A DNA stretch of 64,000 nucleotides, from assembly GCF_039654945.1 (NCBI RefSeq), contig NW_027361724.1:13454001-13518000 (forward strand). The letters run 5' to 3'. The notes below the pieces were generated by a model that was given only the letters and a program-made list of their open reading frames with translations, made no database searches and was not told the DNA's origin. Origin of the DNA: Dendrobates tinctorius. Lineage: Eukaryota. Position numbers and translations under genes: made by a program. Shown in pieces: positions 13,451 to 26,915 of this stretch (positions within the stretch are counted from its first letter, which is position 1; each line of letters begins with the position of its first letter).

Positions 13451-14138
13451 AGATCTCCTTGGGGTGCGATGGCCACAATTGTACTTATCAGTCCAGAGAA
13501 CTAAAGCGGAGCCGAGCTCCTGAAATGCTTTTTCCGACAGATTTCTTCAAATCTGTGGCAGATTGGATTTTAGTATTCTCCAGACTGCAAAGCATAATTA
13601 GAGGGCTGGGAAGGGGTTAAATATAAAATGGATGCACCTGGCCTATACCTGACCCTCCCCTGTCCTAGCTCCTTCCCAATCTGTCCTAGACCCACGCCTC
13701 GCCTGCCCTAAATCTGCCCCATATCTGTCCTAGACCCACCACTCACCTGTCCTAGATCCCCCCTTTGTCTGTCCTAGACCCACTGCTCATCTGTCCTAGA
13801 CCCGCGCCTTACCTGCCCTAAAACTTCCTATTATCGGTCCTAGACCCTCCGCACATATGTCCAAGATCCCCCAACTTACCTGTCCTAGACCCGCTGCTCG
13901 CCTGTCCTAGGAGGGCCCCTCACCTGTCCTAGACACCCCCCTTCTGTTATTTGTACCGCCTCTCACCTGTCCTAGACCCGCTACTCACCAGTACTAGGCC
14001 CACCCCTCACCATTCCTAGACCTACCTCTCACCTGTCCTAGACCTGTCATTCACCTTTCCTAGACCCGTCACTCACTTTTCCTAGACCCGCCGCTCACGT
14101 GTCCTAGGCTCGCCCCCCCCACCTATCCTAGGCCTGCC

Positions 14139-14829
14139 TGTCTTAGGTTTACCAAGACAGAGAGGAGCCAGAAGACCGCAGCATCTGATTCCTCCCACTC
14201 CTGCACTGTTTAGAAGCACTTCACCTTCATATTAAATGGTGTAAGTTTCTTTTAGTACTACAGAGGTTAATTGGCTCAGTTGAGAGCTCCTGGGAAGCTC
14301 TCCTGCATTAAGGCTCTCGTCTGTGCACTGTTAGCCACTCCTATCTCCTGTATAATCTGGACCCTGGCTAGCACTCATTGTCAGAGAAGCTTTTGCTGCA
14401 TAGCTGCAGGTTGTTGTTGGTTATTATAGGAGAAGGCATTTGGTGGATTTATCTGTGACTGTTGCTAGGTTTTGAGTGTGTGATAATTCCCTTTCTTTTC
14501 CTACTTTGGCTTAACCCCATCCTCCACTCCCTGGTGCATCCCTCTGTTATCTGTGTGGGTTTATTTGTATGTTTGGTATTTTTCGTTATCTCTGTTTGTA
14601 TTACCTTGTTAGTCTGTTTGTTGTATTACGATACACTACGACTCCCCTCTTCCTTGGGTGGGGGAAGGGTACATACTGAGGGCGGATTCAGAGCTAAGGC
14701 AAAGTTCGTGGCCCCGGCATCTTCACCATCAGAAGTAATCCGGGGAACAGGGCGAGCTTCGGTGCCCCTAGCATTAGGGACAGGGAAGGAGCACCTGGTC
14801 CCGGTACACTCAACAACAGAGTCGTGACA
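14139..14829 (+). mobile_element. Solo LTR, 691 bp
   Basis: TGTC...TGACA termini; 5-bp TSD CTGCC/CTACC with one mismatch; the satellite resumes after it. Strand is inferred from base composition. Confidence 0.75.
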
Positions 14830-15381
14830 CTACCCGTCACCTGTCCTAGAGCTGCCGACCACCTGTCCTAGACCCGCTCCTTCTGTTATGTACCACCTCT
14901 AACCTGTCGTAGACCTACCACACACCTGTCCTAGACCCATTGCTCATCTGTCCTAGATCTGCCGCTCATCTGTCCTAGGCTCGCCCATCATCTGTCCTAG
15001 GCTCGCCCCTAATCTGTTCTAGAGATGCCCTCACCAGACCTAGACCTGTCCCTTCTGTTATTTGCCCTTCTCTCACCTGTTCTACCTCCGCACCTCACCT
15101 GTTCTAGACCTGCCCCTCACCTGTCCTACACCCGTTTCTCACCTGTCCTACAACGGTCGCTCACCTATCCTAGACCTGCCCCTCACCTGTCCTACACCCG
15201 TTTCTCACCTGTCCTACAACGGTCGCTCACCTATCCTAGACCTGCCCCTCACCTGTCCTTGACTCACCCCTCACTTGTCCTAGATTCACCACTCAGTTGT
15301 TTTGCAGTGCCAAATCACACAATATGGAAGATCTATTTATATAACCTCTGTCTCTAACTTTGTCTACAAGATAGTATTTGT

Positions 15382-15736
15382 ACAATCATGTAGAAAAATA
15401 ATTTACACAAGAACAAAGGAAAATATACTAAATACAACACTTAAATATATATAACTAGAAAAACACACAAAACAACAGAAAAAAACACAGAACCTAATAG
15501 GCTAGCAATGCATGCTGAATAAATTGAAAGTGGGGTGTAAATTGAGACTAGAAAGATAAATGAAACCAGAAAGGCCAAATACCTAAGACATAGTAATTTC
15601 ACAGAAAGAAACCCTATAGATTATATTCGGAAAGCTCTAAGAATAAAGTAAATAAAGTATCGCTGAAGCATAACCTGAGATTGGGACTTGTCACACACCA
15701 AACAGCCTGACGCACGTTTTGGCGGTTAGCCTTCTT
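15382..15736 (-). mobile_element. Penelope-like pLTR fragment ending in a truncated hammerhead motif
   Basis: Minus strand 15736-15706 reads AAGAA-GGC-TAACC-GCC-AAAAC-GTGC-GTC-AGG, the 3' part of a minimal type I hammerhead, followed by a T-rich tail. Confidence 0.5.
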
Positions 15737-16421
15737 TTGCTCACCTGTTCTAGACCTGCCACTTCTGTTATTTGCCTTCCTCTCACCTGTCCTTGACCCG
15801 CTCCTCACCTGTAGTTGACCTGCCCCTGACCTGTCCTTGACCCGCTCCTCACCTGTAGTTGACCTGCCCCTCACCTGTCTTTCACCCACCCCTTACCTGT
15901 AGTTGACCTGCCCCTCATCTGTCCTTGACCCGCCTCTCACCTGTCCTAGACCCCCCACGTCTGTTATTTGCCTTCCTCTCACCTGTCCTTGACCTGCCCC
16001 TCACCTGTCCTAGACCCGCCACGTCTGTTATTTGCCTTCCTCTCACCTGTCCTTGACCCGCCTCTCACCTGTCCTTGACCCGCCCCTCACCTGTCCTTGA
16101 CCTGCCCCTTACCTGTCCTAGACCCGCAACGTGTTATTTGCCTTCCTCTCACCTGTCCTTGATCCGCCCCTCACCTGTCCTTGACCCGCCCCTCACCTGT
16201 CCTAGACCCGCCACGTCTGTTATTTGCCTTCCTCTCACCTGTCCTTGACCCGCCTCTCTCCTGTCCTTGACCCACCCCTCACCTGTTCTTGACCTGCCCC
16301 TCACCTGTCCTAGACCTGCCACGTCTTTTATTTGTCTTCCTTCTCACCTGTCCTTGACCCGCCCCTCACCTGTAGTTGACCTGCCCCTCACCTGTCCTAG
16401 ACCTGCCACGTCTGTTATTTG

Positions 16422-17590
16422 TGTCATGATCCAGCGTGGATCTGACAGATTAAATGGATAAGTGAATTTTTTTTTCCTTTGGCTAGGTGCCAAAGTGGGT
16501 TGATTGCCCCCGGTGGCCATTAGAATTATTTCACGTGGTGTCGTTCATTCTAAGTTGCCCCGGTGGTGGCGAGCGGTAGTGCACATTAGTTTCTTTGGTT
16601 TAATGTGCACTTAATTACAAATCAGGTGTTAGGCTCTATAAAAGGGAGCCAGGTGGGTTCAATCACTGTTGGTGATATTGATTGTGTGTTAGTCATTCAC
16701 GAGCAAGCCTGGGTGAATGAAGGAGCTGAACATGAGTCCTGCGCAGCCCAGCCAGAGGGGACGAGTGGCAGCTAGGTGGTCTGCAAGAAGGGCTGGCATG
16801 GCGTGGTGGAGTCACAGTTTATGGTGTCGGCAGGAGGTGTTTGCATGGCTTGGTGGAGTGGCGACGTTGGTGAGAGTTGCACTCACCATGCTGGACCTGG
16901 TTGCTGAGAGCTGGACTCAAGCATGCTTGACTTTTTGGGCAGAAGCTGAACTCATCATTGGGACTCTGTTACTGGACAGCTGTAACTGGTGGTGGACTCT
17001 GTTCCAAGGCTGCACTATGGTGAAGGATCCAGTTATGGTGATGGATCCGGGTGGAGGAGAAGATGCACACAGGTGGTGGGCTCTGTTGCTAGGAGCGTAC
17101 GCAACAGAGCAAAGCTAAGTGGTGTTTCCCCTGTATTGTCATCTTTCCTCATGTGTGTTTTAGTGCAGTGGTGGGATTAGTTTCCGCACCGACCAATTCC
17201 CTAGTGAGGGTTTAGGTCAGGACGCGCTAGGGTTTTTTAGGTTCCTGTTGCGCGCCCGGTGCGGAACCGGCATAGGGAACGTTAGGAGTGCAGGGACACT
17301 GGCTCAGGGGAGCTCAGGAGGTCTCCACTTCCCTATTCCCTATCGCAGGGCTCACCATTGTTATTGTTACCCAGGTTTCCCTTCTTGTTTAAATTCGCCT
17401 TACTGGAGGCGGGGTTTCCAGACTTGTATATACGTGTAATGTCTAAATTTGCCAGTTGGAGGCGGCGTATCCAGCTGCACGTGTTTATAATTTAAATTCG
17501 CCCCACTGGAGGCGGTGTATCCAGGGTCACGTGCGTCACATGGGTTCGCCTTGCGGTACTCGCTGCGTCCTGACACACGTGACCGTGACA
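16422..17590 (+). mobile_element. Solo LTR, 1169 bp
   Basis: TGTCA...TGACA termini; perfect 5-bp TSD ATTTG at 16417-16421 and 17591-17595; TATAAAA at about 16637. Confidence 0.85.
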
Positions 17591-20151
17591 ATTTGCCTTC
17601 CTCTCATCTGTCCTTGACCCACCCTAAATTCGTCGCTCAGTTGCTTTGGAGCGAAAATCACAAAATCTGGAAGATCTCTTTTTTTTAACCTCTATCTCTA
17701 ACTTTATCTACAAGATAGTATTTGTGTGGGGCACAGAGGTTTATTCTATGTGTGGGATCACCTGCTGTAAAATGACAGTGATTTACTGTACATCCACCCT
17801 CCAGCACTAATAGCTGGGATCAAAGTAAATCGTAAGCCTGGCCATTAAAAGGGATGTGTCACTACTTTTACACTTTATGACCTATCCCTAGGAAAGGTCA
17901 TCATCAATACCGGCACCCCCACCAATCAGCTGTTCTTGTGGCGGTGGCAGCCTTATGTTAGCAGTACAGTACAGCTGTCACTGTGTAGTGACTGCTGCAG
18001 CATACTGCAGATCTGCCCCAACTTGATTGGTGAGATAGAGACTTAAATGATTTGTCCTCTACTCAGACAACCCCCCCCCCCCCATCTGAATCCCTGTTTT
18101 CCCCAGTAAAATAACACTTATACTCAACTCCGATGCCGGCGCAGTTCTAGCGGTGTCGGCACTCGCTTTCCTGGGACTCACAACAATGTCACTTGATCCC
18201 TGTGGCTCCTCAGCCCTGGCTTCACTCTCCTGTCCTTCAGACAAATCAAGACATCCAGAGAAAGCTCTCATTCCCTCTGATGTCATTACTGTTAAGGAAT
18301 ACCTGTGTGGACGTAATCGTCCTCCTCCAGTTTCCAGACTTTACCGTTGATTGGTTCGCACTGGGGGGTCCATACTTGGGTGGTAGGCGATCACCAATTG
18401 CTAGGCAATGCAGGTCAATGCCGTGCCTGGTGTTACCCTATGGTGAGAATGTGGGCACCTTGCTGTACAGGTGAGCAGGGAGTGGCTATAAGGACATGAC
18501 CGGGAACAATGCCTCACCTTATTGTTACCCTTGGATTTGGGCTGGCTTTATAAGGCCTGCTTCCAATCCAGCTTGTGCTGTTTATTCAGTTCCCTTGTGT
18601 AGTGGTATGGTGAGTGCTTCCCGGTTGGGTTTTGGTTGCTTCTCAGTAGCTGCTAATGGTCGTTACTGGTTCTTCTTTATTAGCTATTGTCTCGGGGTTT
18701 CCCTATGAGTTTTATACAGCTTTGGATTTACTCTTGTACCTTGCAGTAGTTAGAAGGCAGGCAAAGGGAGGGAGCCCCCTCTGCACTCCGATCGGTGCCC
18801 CCCGCGACATCATCGCAGGGGCCCGATCGTTGCCACAGTGACTCGATGTCGTCATAACAACAATACGGGTCACCAGTCTCTAGCTGGTTACTTAGATCAT
18901 ACGCAGTGCATGATCAAACTAACTTCTCTTAGTGCAGCACTGACAGTTATAAAGCAAGGCAATGCTCCAGCCTTGCTCTGCTTTATAACTGCGATCAGAG
19001 TGCTGAAAGTGAAAGTCCCATAGTGGGACCAGGTAAAAATAAAAGGGGGAAAAAAGTACAAATATTAATATTAAAAAAAATAATAAAAAAATTAAAATAT
19101 ATTGTACCAATAAATTTGTATTTTTATGTTAAAAAAAAAGTTCACATTTGGTATCGCCGCATCCAGGACGAAAGAAATATCAGGCTAGGACCCACATTTG
19201 TCTCCTCCTCCTCGGATCCACAATCACAGGGTATGGATGCCCAAAGTGGCGCGACAAAAGCAAGTTGAAGAGAACCTGCTCAGTAGGGTTGAATCTAAGT
19301 GTGTCTGTCATGTTGGCCACACAACCACAACACACCAAGACAAGACAAGGTCAAAAATGGCCGTATTGGAGGCAGGCACCTGTTACTGAGCCAATAAATA
19401 GGGTGTAGGCTGATGATTTAAATAATTTGCAGGCCTTAAATGTCCATTTTGCAAGGTGCAGAGAAATTCTCGCCATACAGATTACATACGGATGCTTACA
19501 TGCACAAAATACACGACCACACCTTGATTACGGATGACATACGGAGCACTGTTTAGGGGACGTTTCTCCGTATTACGCATGTAAAATATGGACCGTATTT
19601 ATCGTCGGTTAGTGTGACCCCGGCCAAAGAGAAAAGTCTGCATCTTTCAAGAAAACCATGGTTTTTATGTAGAACAATGCTCTATCGTAGACTGCTTGGC
19701 TGCCAGTAAATGCCTTAACCCCTTCATGACCTTTAACTTATATTTACGTCAAAGATAGTGTCTCTGCCTTGGATGTGGCTCGCACACCAAGCCCACATCT
19801 TTCCCCGCACCTGATGGTGAAGTACTGCTATGTATAGCACAGGTGATCAGACGATCATAGCTTTAAGCCTCTTCAGGGGGCTATTCAAGTCAGTAAAAAG
19901 TGAGAGAGATTTTAAAAATATGAAAAAAATTCTAATTCAAACCACACCCCTTTTGCCCCATTAAAACTAATACAATAAAAAAATAAATACACATATTTGG
20001 TATCGCTGCATTCAGAAACGTCCAATCAAAATATAAAATAAATTAATCCTAAAAGCCAGAGATTCCGCCACAACATTGGAATAAAATACAATAAGAGGCG
20101 ATTAAAATATCTTATCTAGCCCAAAATGGTATTGATAAAAATGTCAGCTAA

Positions 20152-20649
20152 GGCCGGTTTCACATTAGCGCATTTTCAGCGCGCGCACGGCCGGGGGTAG
20201 CTCCGCCCCCGAGCCGGCTCTCTGCCCGGCGTGCCCGCCCCTTGCTTGTAGCGCCGCCTACTAGCGGACAGCGGCGCCTGCGATCGGCGCACCCTATCTT
20301 TAGCATAGGGTGCGCAGATCGTGCGCAGGCCGTGCGCTAGTTGCGCTTTGACCTGTGCTGCGCACTTTTGACGGTGCGCCGTGCGCGCCAAAATCCAAAA
20401 AGTTTGATTTTGGCGCGCACGGCGCACCGTCAAAAGTGCGCAGCACAGGTCAAAGCGCAACTAGCGCACGGCCTGCGCACGATCTGCGCACCCTATGCTA
20501 AAGATAGGGTGCGCCGATCGCAGGCGCCGCTGTGCGCTAGGAGGCGGCGCTACAAGGAAGGGGCGGGCACGCCGGGCAGAGAGCCGGATCGGGGGCGGAG
20601 CTACCCCCGGCCGTGCGCGCGCTGAAAATGCGCTAATGTGAAACCGGCC
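20152..20649. mobile_element. Fold-back (palindromic) Harbinger-type MITE
   Basis: 498-bp near-perfect inverted repeat, GGCCGGTTTCACATTAGCG ... CGCTAATGTGAAACCGGCC, with TAA TSD. Confidence 0.9.
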
Positions 20650-20702
20650 TAAAGGAGCAAAAAATAAGGGGACACAGCTAGCAGGTGGGCACACCAAAAT
20701 TA

Positions 20703-21236
20703 GGCCGGTTTCACAGTCAGTGGCTCCGGTACGTGTAGTGACAGTTTCCTCACGTACCAGAGACACTGACACACGTAGACCCATTCAAATGAATGGGTTT
20801 ATGCACATGTGAGCGTGTTTTCACGGACCGTGTGTAAAACACAGAGTCATGTCAGTGTTTGTGGGAGCGCACGGTTCACAAAACGTGCTGAACACGAGCA
20901 CACGGAGAACAGTTCACAGTGTCCTCCGTGTTCACAGAGTTTTGCCGGGTTGGTTCACAAACAGAGGGGGACCCCACGTCGGGTTTTCATTCATTCATTC
21001 TCTCCTGCTCGCTGTGGCCGGCAGAGCAGGAGAGAAGAATGACAGCCGCGTTCAGCACCAGCCGCCGGGGAACAGCGGCTTACAGTAGCGCTTCTTCCTC
21101 GGCGGCCGTCTGTGTGGTCCTGATGCGGCACACGGTTGCCACACGTGTGCCACACGGATGTACCACGTATCCACACGGACAGCTCCGGTACCGTTTTTTC
21201 CGGTACAGGAATTATCTGGAAGTGTGAGACTGCCCT
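20703..21236. mobile_element. Harbinger-type MITE
   Basis: GGCCGGTTTCACA ... TGTGAGACTGCCC degenerate TIRs. Confidence 0.6.
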
Positions 21237-21603
21237 TCGACTTTTGTACACTAACTACTTAACATTGTATCAAAGAGTCCCATGTTAAGATATAATTAAA
21301 TATTTACAAAAATGTGAGGGTGTACTCACTTTTGTAAGATACTGTATATACACAGCCAATAACGATGTCCAATTTAATTTTCAAAAAAAACAATTTGACA
21401 TTGCATTTATTTGCTTATTTCTTATTTTTTTTGTTTAGTGTGGGGGTGAGGGGGGTAAAAGGCCAATTCAGGGTCCTGCTTCAGGCAGGAAGAAAGTTAC
21501 GTTGCTCCTCGGGAAAATGTACCTTATATGTTTGTGTGATTCACTTATTTTGGGTAAAGAAAAACCATGATCTTGGGTTTTCCAAAAAACCTGTAGAGCA
21601 CAC

Positions 21604-21609
21604 TTTATT
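21604..21609 (-). terminator. Candidate DUSP19 polyadenylation signal
   Basis: AATAAA on the minus strand about 70 nt after the stop codon. Confidence 0.45.
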
Positions 21610-21679
21610 AAAAAAAAAAAAAAAAGAAACAACACAACAATTAAGACACAAACACAAAGAGGAAGTTAATTATAGTCAG

Positions 21680-21904
21680 TCAATCTGTTTTTTCATGGAT
21701 AGTATCTGTTTGTTTTTTTCTGTGGTCTTGATACTTATGGAGCTGTTCCATAAATCCGGGATTTGGACACACCACTGATCTTGCATTTTTCACAACTGAA
21801 AAGGCTCTGGCAAAATTAAGTTTCTCCGTGTACATCAAATAACCAATGACTATTGCTGGTGCGCGAGACACTCCCGCATTACAGTGTACTAGCACCACTC
21901 CATT
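21680..21904 (-). CDS. DUSP19: Dual specificity phosphatase 19, exon 4 (catalytic motif and stop)
   Basis: [24 protein letters not shown]...[10 protein letters not shown]; acceptor TTTTTACAG ends at 21905; TGA at 21682-21680. Confidence 0.96.
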   Translation of the reverse strand, partial: NGVVLVHCNAGVSRAPAIVIGYLMYTEKLNFARAFSVVKNARSVVCPNPGFMEQLHKYQDHRKKQTDTIHEKTD

Positions 21905-22258
21905 CTGTAAAAAAAACAAACAAAATGTTGCATGTAAAGAATACATGGTACACGTATGTCCACATCTACGCGTACAAGGAGCCTGTCTCACAAAATGAAT
22001 ATTGCCTACAGGTCGATCATGTTACAGACATATTGGCGCTCTGTGTGCCTCCATGAAGCAAGTCCTTTAGAGCAAGTCAATATGGTCACTCAGATAAAAA
22101 TATATATGTTTTTAGGGAACTGTGACTTTTTATAAATTCTCAGACTGTTCTATGTACACACTCACCCCATGATCTTGATGCAAACATTCACAGATGACCC
22201 ATATCGTTCACCTTTAAAGTGGTTCAGTCGTGCCCTCTCCTCCGATGTATGGGTTTTA

Positions 22259-22554
22259 GGGTATGTGCACACTTTGCGGTTTCTGCTGCGTTGTACAGTA
22301 CCTTTATTTCCTATGGAAATAAAAAAAAGCTGTGCACATGCTGCGTTTTTTTCCGTGCGGTTTTGCTGCGGTTTTCAAAACGCAGCATGTCAATTGTTTG
22401 GTGCAGAAACGCTGCAGTTTTACACCTCATCCATTATGAGGTGTAAAACCGCAGGGAAAAACCTCAGATAAACCGCAGGTCTTTGTCCTGCGGATTTACC
22501 TGCGGTTTTCTCTACAAAATCCGCAGAGACAAAAAAACTATGTGTGCACATACC
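22259..22554. mobile_element. Harbinger-type MITE
   Basis: GGGTATGTGCACAC ... GTGTGCACATACCC TIRs. Confidence 0.75.
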
Positions 22555-22564
22555 CGTATTGTAC

Positions 22565-23989
22565 TTATTAATAATAATAATCTTTATTGATATAGTGCCG
22601 ACATATTCCGCAGCGCTTTACAGTTTAACAGTTTCAAAACACAAGTCATAAGTAACAACATTAACAATACAATAATTAAAGCAAAATAAGACGACCGTGC
22701 TCGTGAGAGCTTACAATCTACAATGAGGTGGGGGAGATACAAAGTACAGGTGTCTATTTCCAATGGTGCATTTACAATGAAGGTCCAGCCATCTTGAGGG
22801 AGTGAAGGATGGATGGAGATAGTGAATGGGCTACACGCACACTTACACAGAGAATGACTTTGATTAGTGAACGTGATAGGCCGCTCTGAACAAGTGTGTT
22901 TTGAGGGAGCGCCTAAAACTATGCAAATTGTGGTTAGTCCTAATTTATTGGGATAGAGCATTCCAGAGGATAGAAACAGCACGGGAGAAGTCTTGGAGTC
23001 GGGAGTGGGCGGTACGGATTAGTGCAAAGGTTAGTCGAAAGTCGTTTGCAGAGCCCAACGATCGGCTAAGCCGATAGACAGAAATGAGGGAGGAGATATA
23101 GGGGGGTGCTGCACTGTGGAGAGCTTTGTGGGTGAGAAGAAGTACTTTGAATTGGGTCCTATAATGAATGGGCAGCCAGTGTAATGACTGACGAAGAGCG
23201 GACACGTCCGAGTACTGATTAGCCAGATGGACGACCCTGGCTGCTGCATTAAGTATGGACTGGAGAGGGGATAGTCGAGTGACGGGGAGGCCAATTAATA
23301 GTGCGTTGCAGTAATCCAGGCGGGAGTGGATCAATGCTACAGTGAGGGTTTTTATTGTTTCCATGGTGAGAAAAGGGCGGATTCTAGAGATGTTCTTTAG
23401 GTGTAAGCGGCAAGAGCGGGCAAGAGATTGTATATGGGATGTGAAAGAGAGATTGGTGTCAAACATAACACCCAGACAGTGTGCCTGCTGCCGGGGTGTT
23501 ATTGTGGTGCCACCCATGGAGAGGGAAATGTCAGATTTAGGGAGGTTAGTAGACGGCGGGAGCAGAAGAAGTTCAGTTTCGGAGAGGTTGAGATTCAAAT
23601 AGAGAGTGGACATGATATTGGAGACTGCAGACAGACAGTCACTGGCGTTCTGTAGTACAGCAGGGATAAGGTTGGGGGAAGACGTATATAGTTGTGTGTC
23701 ATCAGCATAAAGATGGTACCAAAAGCCAAATCTGCTGATGGTCTATCCAATTGGGGCTGTGTAGAGAGAGAAGAGAAGGGGGCCAAGGACTGAGCCCTGA
23801 GGTACCCCGACAGCAAGAGGAAGAAGAGATGAAATGGAGCCAGAGAACAAAACACTGAAGGAGCGGTCAGAGAGATAGGAAGAGAACCAGGAGAGAGCAG
23901 TGTCCTTAATGCCTAGTGACTGGAGCCTAGAGAGTAGGAGATGGTGGTCAACAGTATCGAAAGCTGCAGATAGGTCAAGAAGAATGAGT
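22565..23989 (-). mobile_element. 5'-truncated L2 LINE in DUSP19 intron 3
   Basis: Frameshifted RT and C-terminal motifs ([25 protein letters not shown] region, HSRLDYCN, LHWLP); AATAAAGA(TTA)n 3' tail. Confidence 0.9.
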
Positions 23990-26915
23990 TGGACCTCTGC
24001 ATTATTCGGGTGGAATTGAATTCCACTCTAATTTTTTGCAATTCACTCCATGCAAATTCAATAAAATAGTAGGCAGCAAAAGATTAAAAAACAAAACAAA
24101 AAAAAAAAAGTGTATTACTTACCTCAACACTCTTTATGGTTGTAATAACTAGCAGCACACATTGAAAGTCTAGGCATCTTCATGCTGGACTAGGACTTCC
24201 CCTCGCTGGGAGTCGTGGCCAAAAGTCTCGGCATAGTGTGAAGATGCCCGGAATTTCAGGGTGCACTGGCGATAAGAAAAGGCGGACAGAATTGAACAGG
24301 GGACAGTTAGCATTAGTTCTTCTTTTTTTTTTCTACACCTTACATTTAATTTTGTTCTGGAGTCTCGTCAGGCCCTTCACCCCATCGTGCACCCGCGTAT
24401 GTATGGAGTGGGCTCAGGTGCTGTGTGCCCTTTCCATACTTGGCAGAGGCTGGCTGTAATACATAGCTGGCATCTGCATGGAACAGAAGTGATCTGCGCT
24501 AGCCGCCATCACTGTTTAACCCTGTAAATGACGCTGTCAATCTCTGACAGCACCATTTAAATAGCGCAAATCAGTGGTGTCCCCCACCTCCCCCTTCAAT
24601 GCCATCAGTTTGGTACTTTGATCTGTATACAGACCATGAAACACAGCGATTTGAACCTGGCCTATACATGCCTAGGCCCCGTATGTTAACCGCGCAAAAA
24701 ATGATTGAAAGATGGTTGGACCACAGTCCGTTTATTACTCAGGGATTAGAAGCAGTCTCAGCAGTTGGACGCCCGCCGATAACACATTTAATGCAAATTC
24801 TTTTGGAATTTGAACATAAGTCACTTAGTTATTAAAGTCATGTTTGCGGGGATCTTAAGGCAATAGTTACTCATGCATTATGTAATGAATTTATGAGTTA
24901 ATTGGATAATAGCTGATTAAATATTCACGCTTTCTACACTTCACAAAATTGTATAATGGCTTTTGTCATTGGAAAGTTCCCCTTCACACCGTATTGAGTG
25001 ATAGAATCACTGAATGCTTTTCGCTGTGTGTCCACACATGTATACAAAACGGAAAACTTCTGCATGTCAGCGGTGGTAGGTAACCCGAGTGAGGCCATTA
25101 TGCAAAGTGGGATTCAGATGTCCTGTAAAGTATTCTTCACAGGGGAAGAGAACACCACACATAACAAAGAGCAGTGCAATCTAATCGGCCAAGATGGTAA
25201 TCTATGATAAATAATCCACATTAGATCTGATGAGAAGTTAATCCAATGAAAAGCCGGGAAGCCATCATGTTTGGTAATGAATACCTGGAATTACTCAGAG
25301 GTCTTTGGAGGGCTAGAAGCTGAGAAGAAAGAATACACAAGTGTCAGCCATACTCCCAACCTCTAGTCCCTCGAGGATCGTAACAGTCAAATAATGCATT
25401 AATATCCCACTCATTATATGGCACCAACATACGCCACATGATTGTAGTCACTCACATCTGTACCTGTGCACAGTGGGACTGGTTTTTGATAAAATATACA
25501 TGGTGGGGACAAAAGGCTAGAGGGGCAGAGAGCTATGGGGGTCCAGTCACATGTCACCATGTCAGATGATCCATGCTGCCCATACCACGGGCAGCATTAG
25601 TCGCAGGCAGCCTGGCTGCATGACTGCAGAAAAGTATATTTTTCTATAAAGCGCTCCAGCATTTCTGAGAAATTATAGTTAGAAGATATGGGGACTATAG
25701 CCGGTGACGAGCCTAGTCTAGTGCCGCCCCCAGCTGGCTCTTCTGAGAGCCACTCCAGATGATTGACAGGTCTCTCCCTCACGTGTACAGAGGAATAAAT
25801 TTGCCAATCACCTGCTGCAGCGCTGGGAGGAGCCGGCCAGAGCAGAGCCGGATTATTCTACTCTGCGCCTATAGTCTCCTGCTGGATCCTCAATGATGTG
25901 TTGTTGGGCTGAAAAAAGGTTGGGTTCAGCTAGGTGAAGAGCCGCAGATTCGATCAGCCTAGAGAATCGGGAAGATTATGTACGGTAAATTACACTCTAA
26001 TCAGAATGTGATCACAGTGTGATCCGATGTTCTTGAATGAGAGAATTGGAGCACACCGTAGAGAAGATGTGTTAGGCTGCAGAAATCACACTGCACTCAG
26101 ATGTCATCCGAGTACAGTCCTGCAGTCTGACTTGCATGGCCCAGTGAAATCCAAATATCGGAACAACTTGGACGAGCTGTGATTTTGTCCTCGGGCTGAC
26201 TCTGTCCATGGAAAAAAAAAAAAAAAAAAAAAATAAGAACAGACGTGCACGGCTCTGCATAATAAACTAGGGACGAGTGCTTTCTATCAAAATAACAAGA
26301 GCACTCATCCGATTATTACGGCATCTGAACGAGCCTTTCCTGCATTTTGTCAATTAAAGAAATGCATTTTCTGATGCCAGCTCAACTCAACAATAACACC
26401 CAGGATCACTGACGGAAGAGTTGGGGCACTTCCATACATATGAGATGGTTGGCGTAGTTTATGAAGTAATCAGGTTCAGCCGACATTCATCTAATGACTA
26501 TTGCTGGCTTTAGGTCATCGATGAAATTATTCTAAGCCCTAGGGCATACATGTAGCAGGTACATAGATCTCAGTTGCATCCAGGCCGTGATGCCCAAAGA
26601 AGACCAAAGGAAATTTAGGACACCATTATTATAAACTGCATATGCGAGATTGAGGAGACCGGTTACAGACCTAGAAGTTCCAAGTTGCGTCTCTGTCTTC
26701 ACCCAGTGAATGGATCAAACACTTGGACGCACTGTATAGAAAACCGCATCGCTCACAGCCGATTTGCAGACTTGCTCTACGATCCGTTTTTGAAGAAAAG
26801 CAGAGTGGAGGTAGCCCGATGTTAAACAGTTTTCCATGCAAGGTGCATTTACTTATATCCCCTGAGTCATTCTGGGGGTGCTATGGAGCCCAAATGTTTA
26901 CAATGCTGTCCTAAG

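Larger units (their letters stand above)
13650..17625. repeat. Degenerate ~22-bp minisatellite interrupted by two solo LTRs and a Penelope-like fragment
   Basis: Unit like CTCACCTGTCCT(A/T)GACCCGCCC seen at 13650-14138, 14830-15290, 15740-16421 and 17591-17625. Confidence 0.9.

Noticed and set aside
8659-13478. Very long minus-strand ORFs (976, 1316, 691, 575 and 473 aa)
   Set aside because: They are translations of an 18/20-bp minisatellite that lacks stop codons on one strand; all three frames give the same peptides.
16717-17118. 133-aa ORF inside the 1169-bp element
   Set aside because: It has no recognisable motif and lies within a solo LTR.
18290-18860. Possible third solo LTR (TGTTA...TAACA)
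   Set aside because: There is no matching TSD, and the right part resembles a different transposon fragment.
20176-20625. Two nearly identical 94-aa ORFs on opposite strands
   Set aside because: They result from the palindromic MITE.
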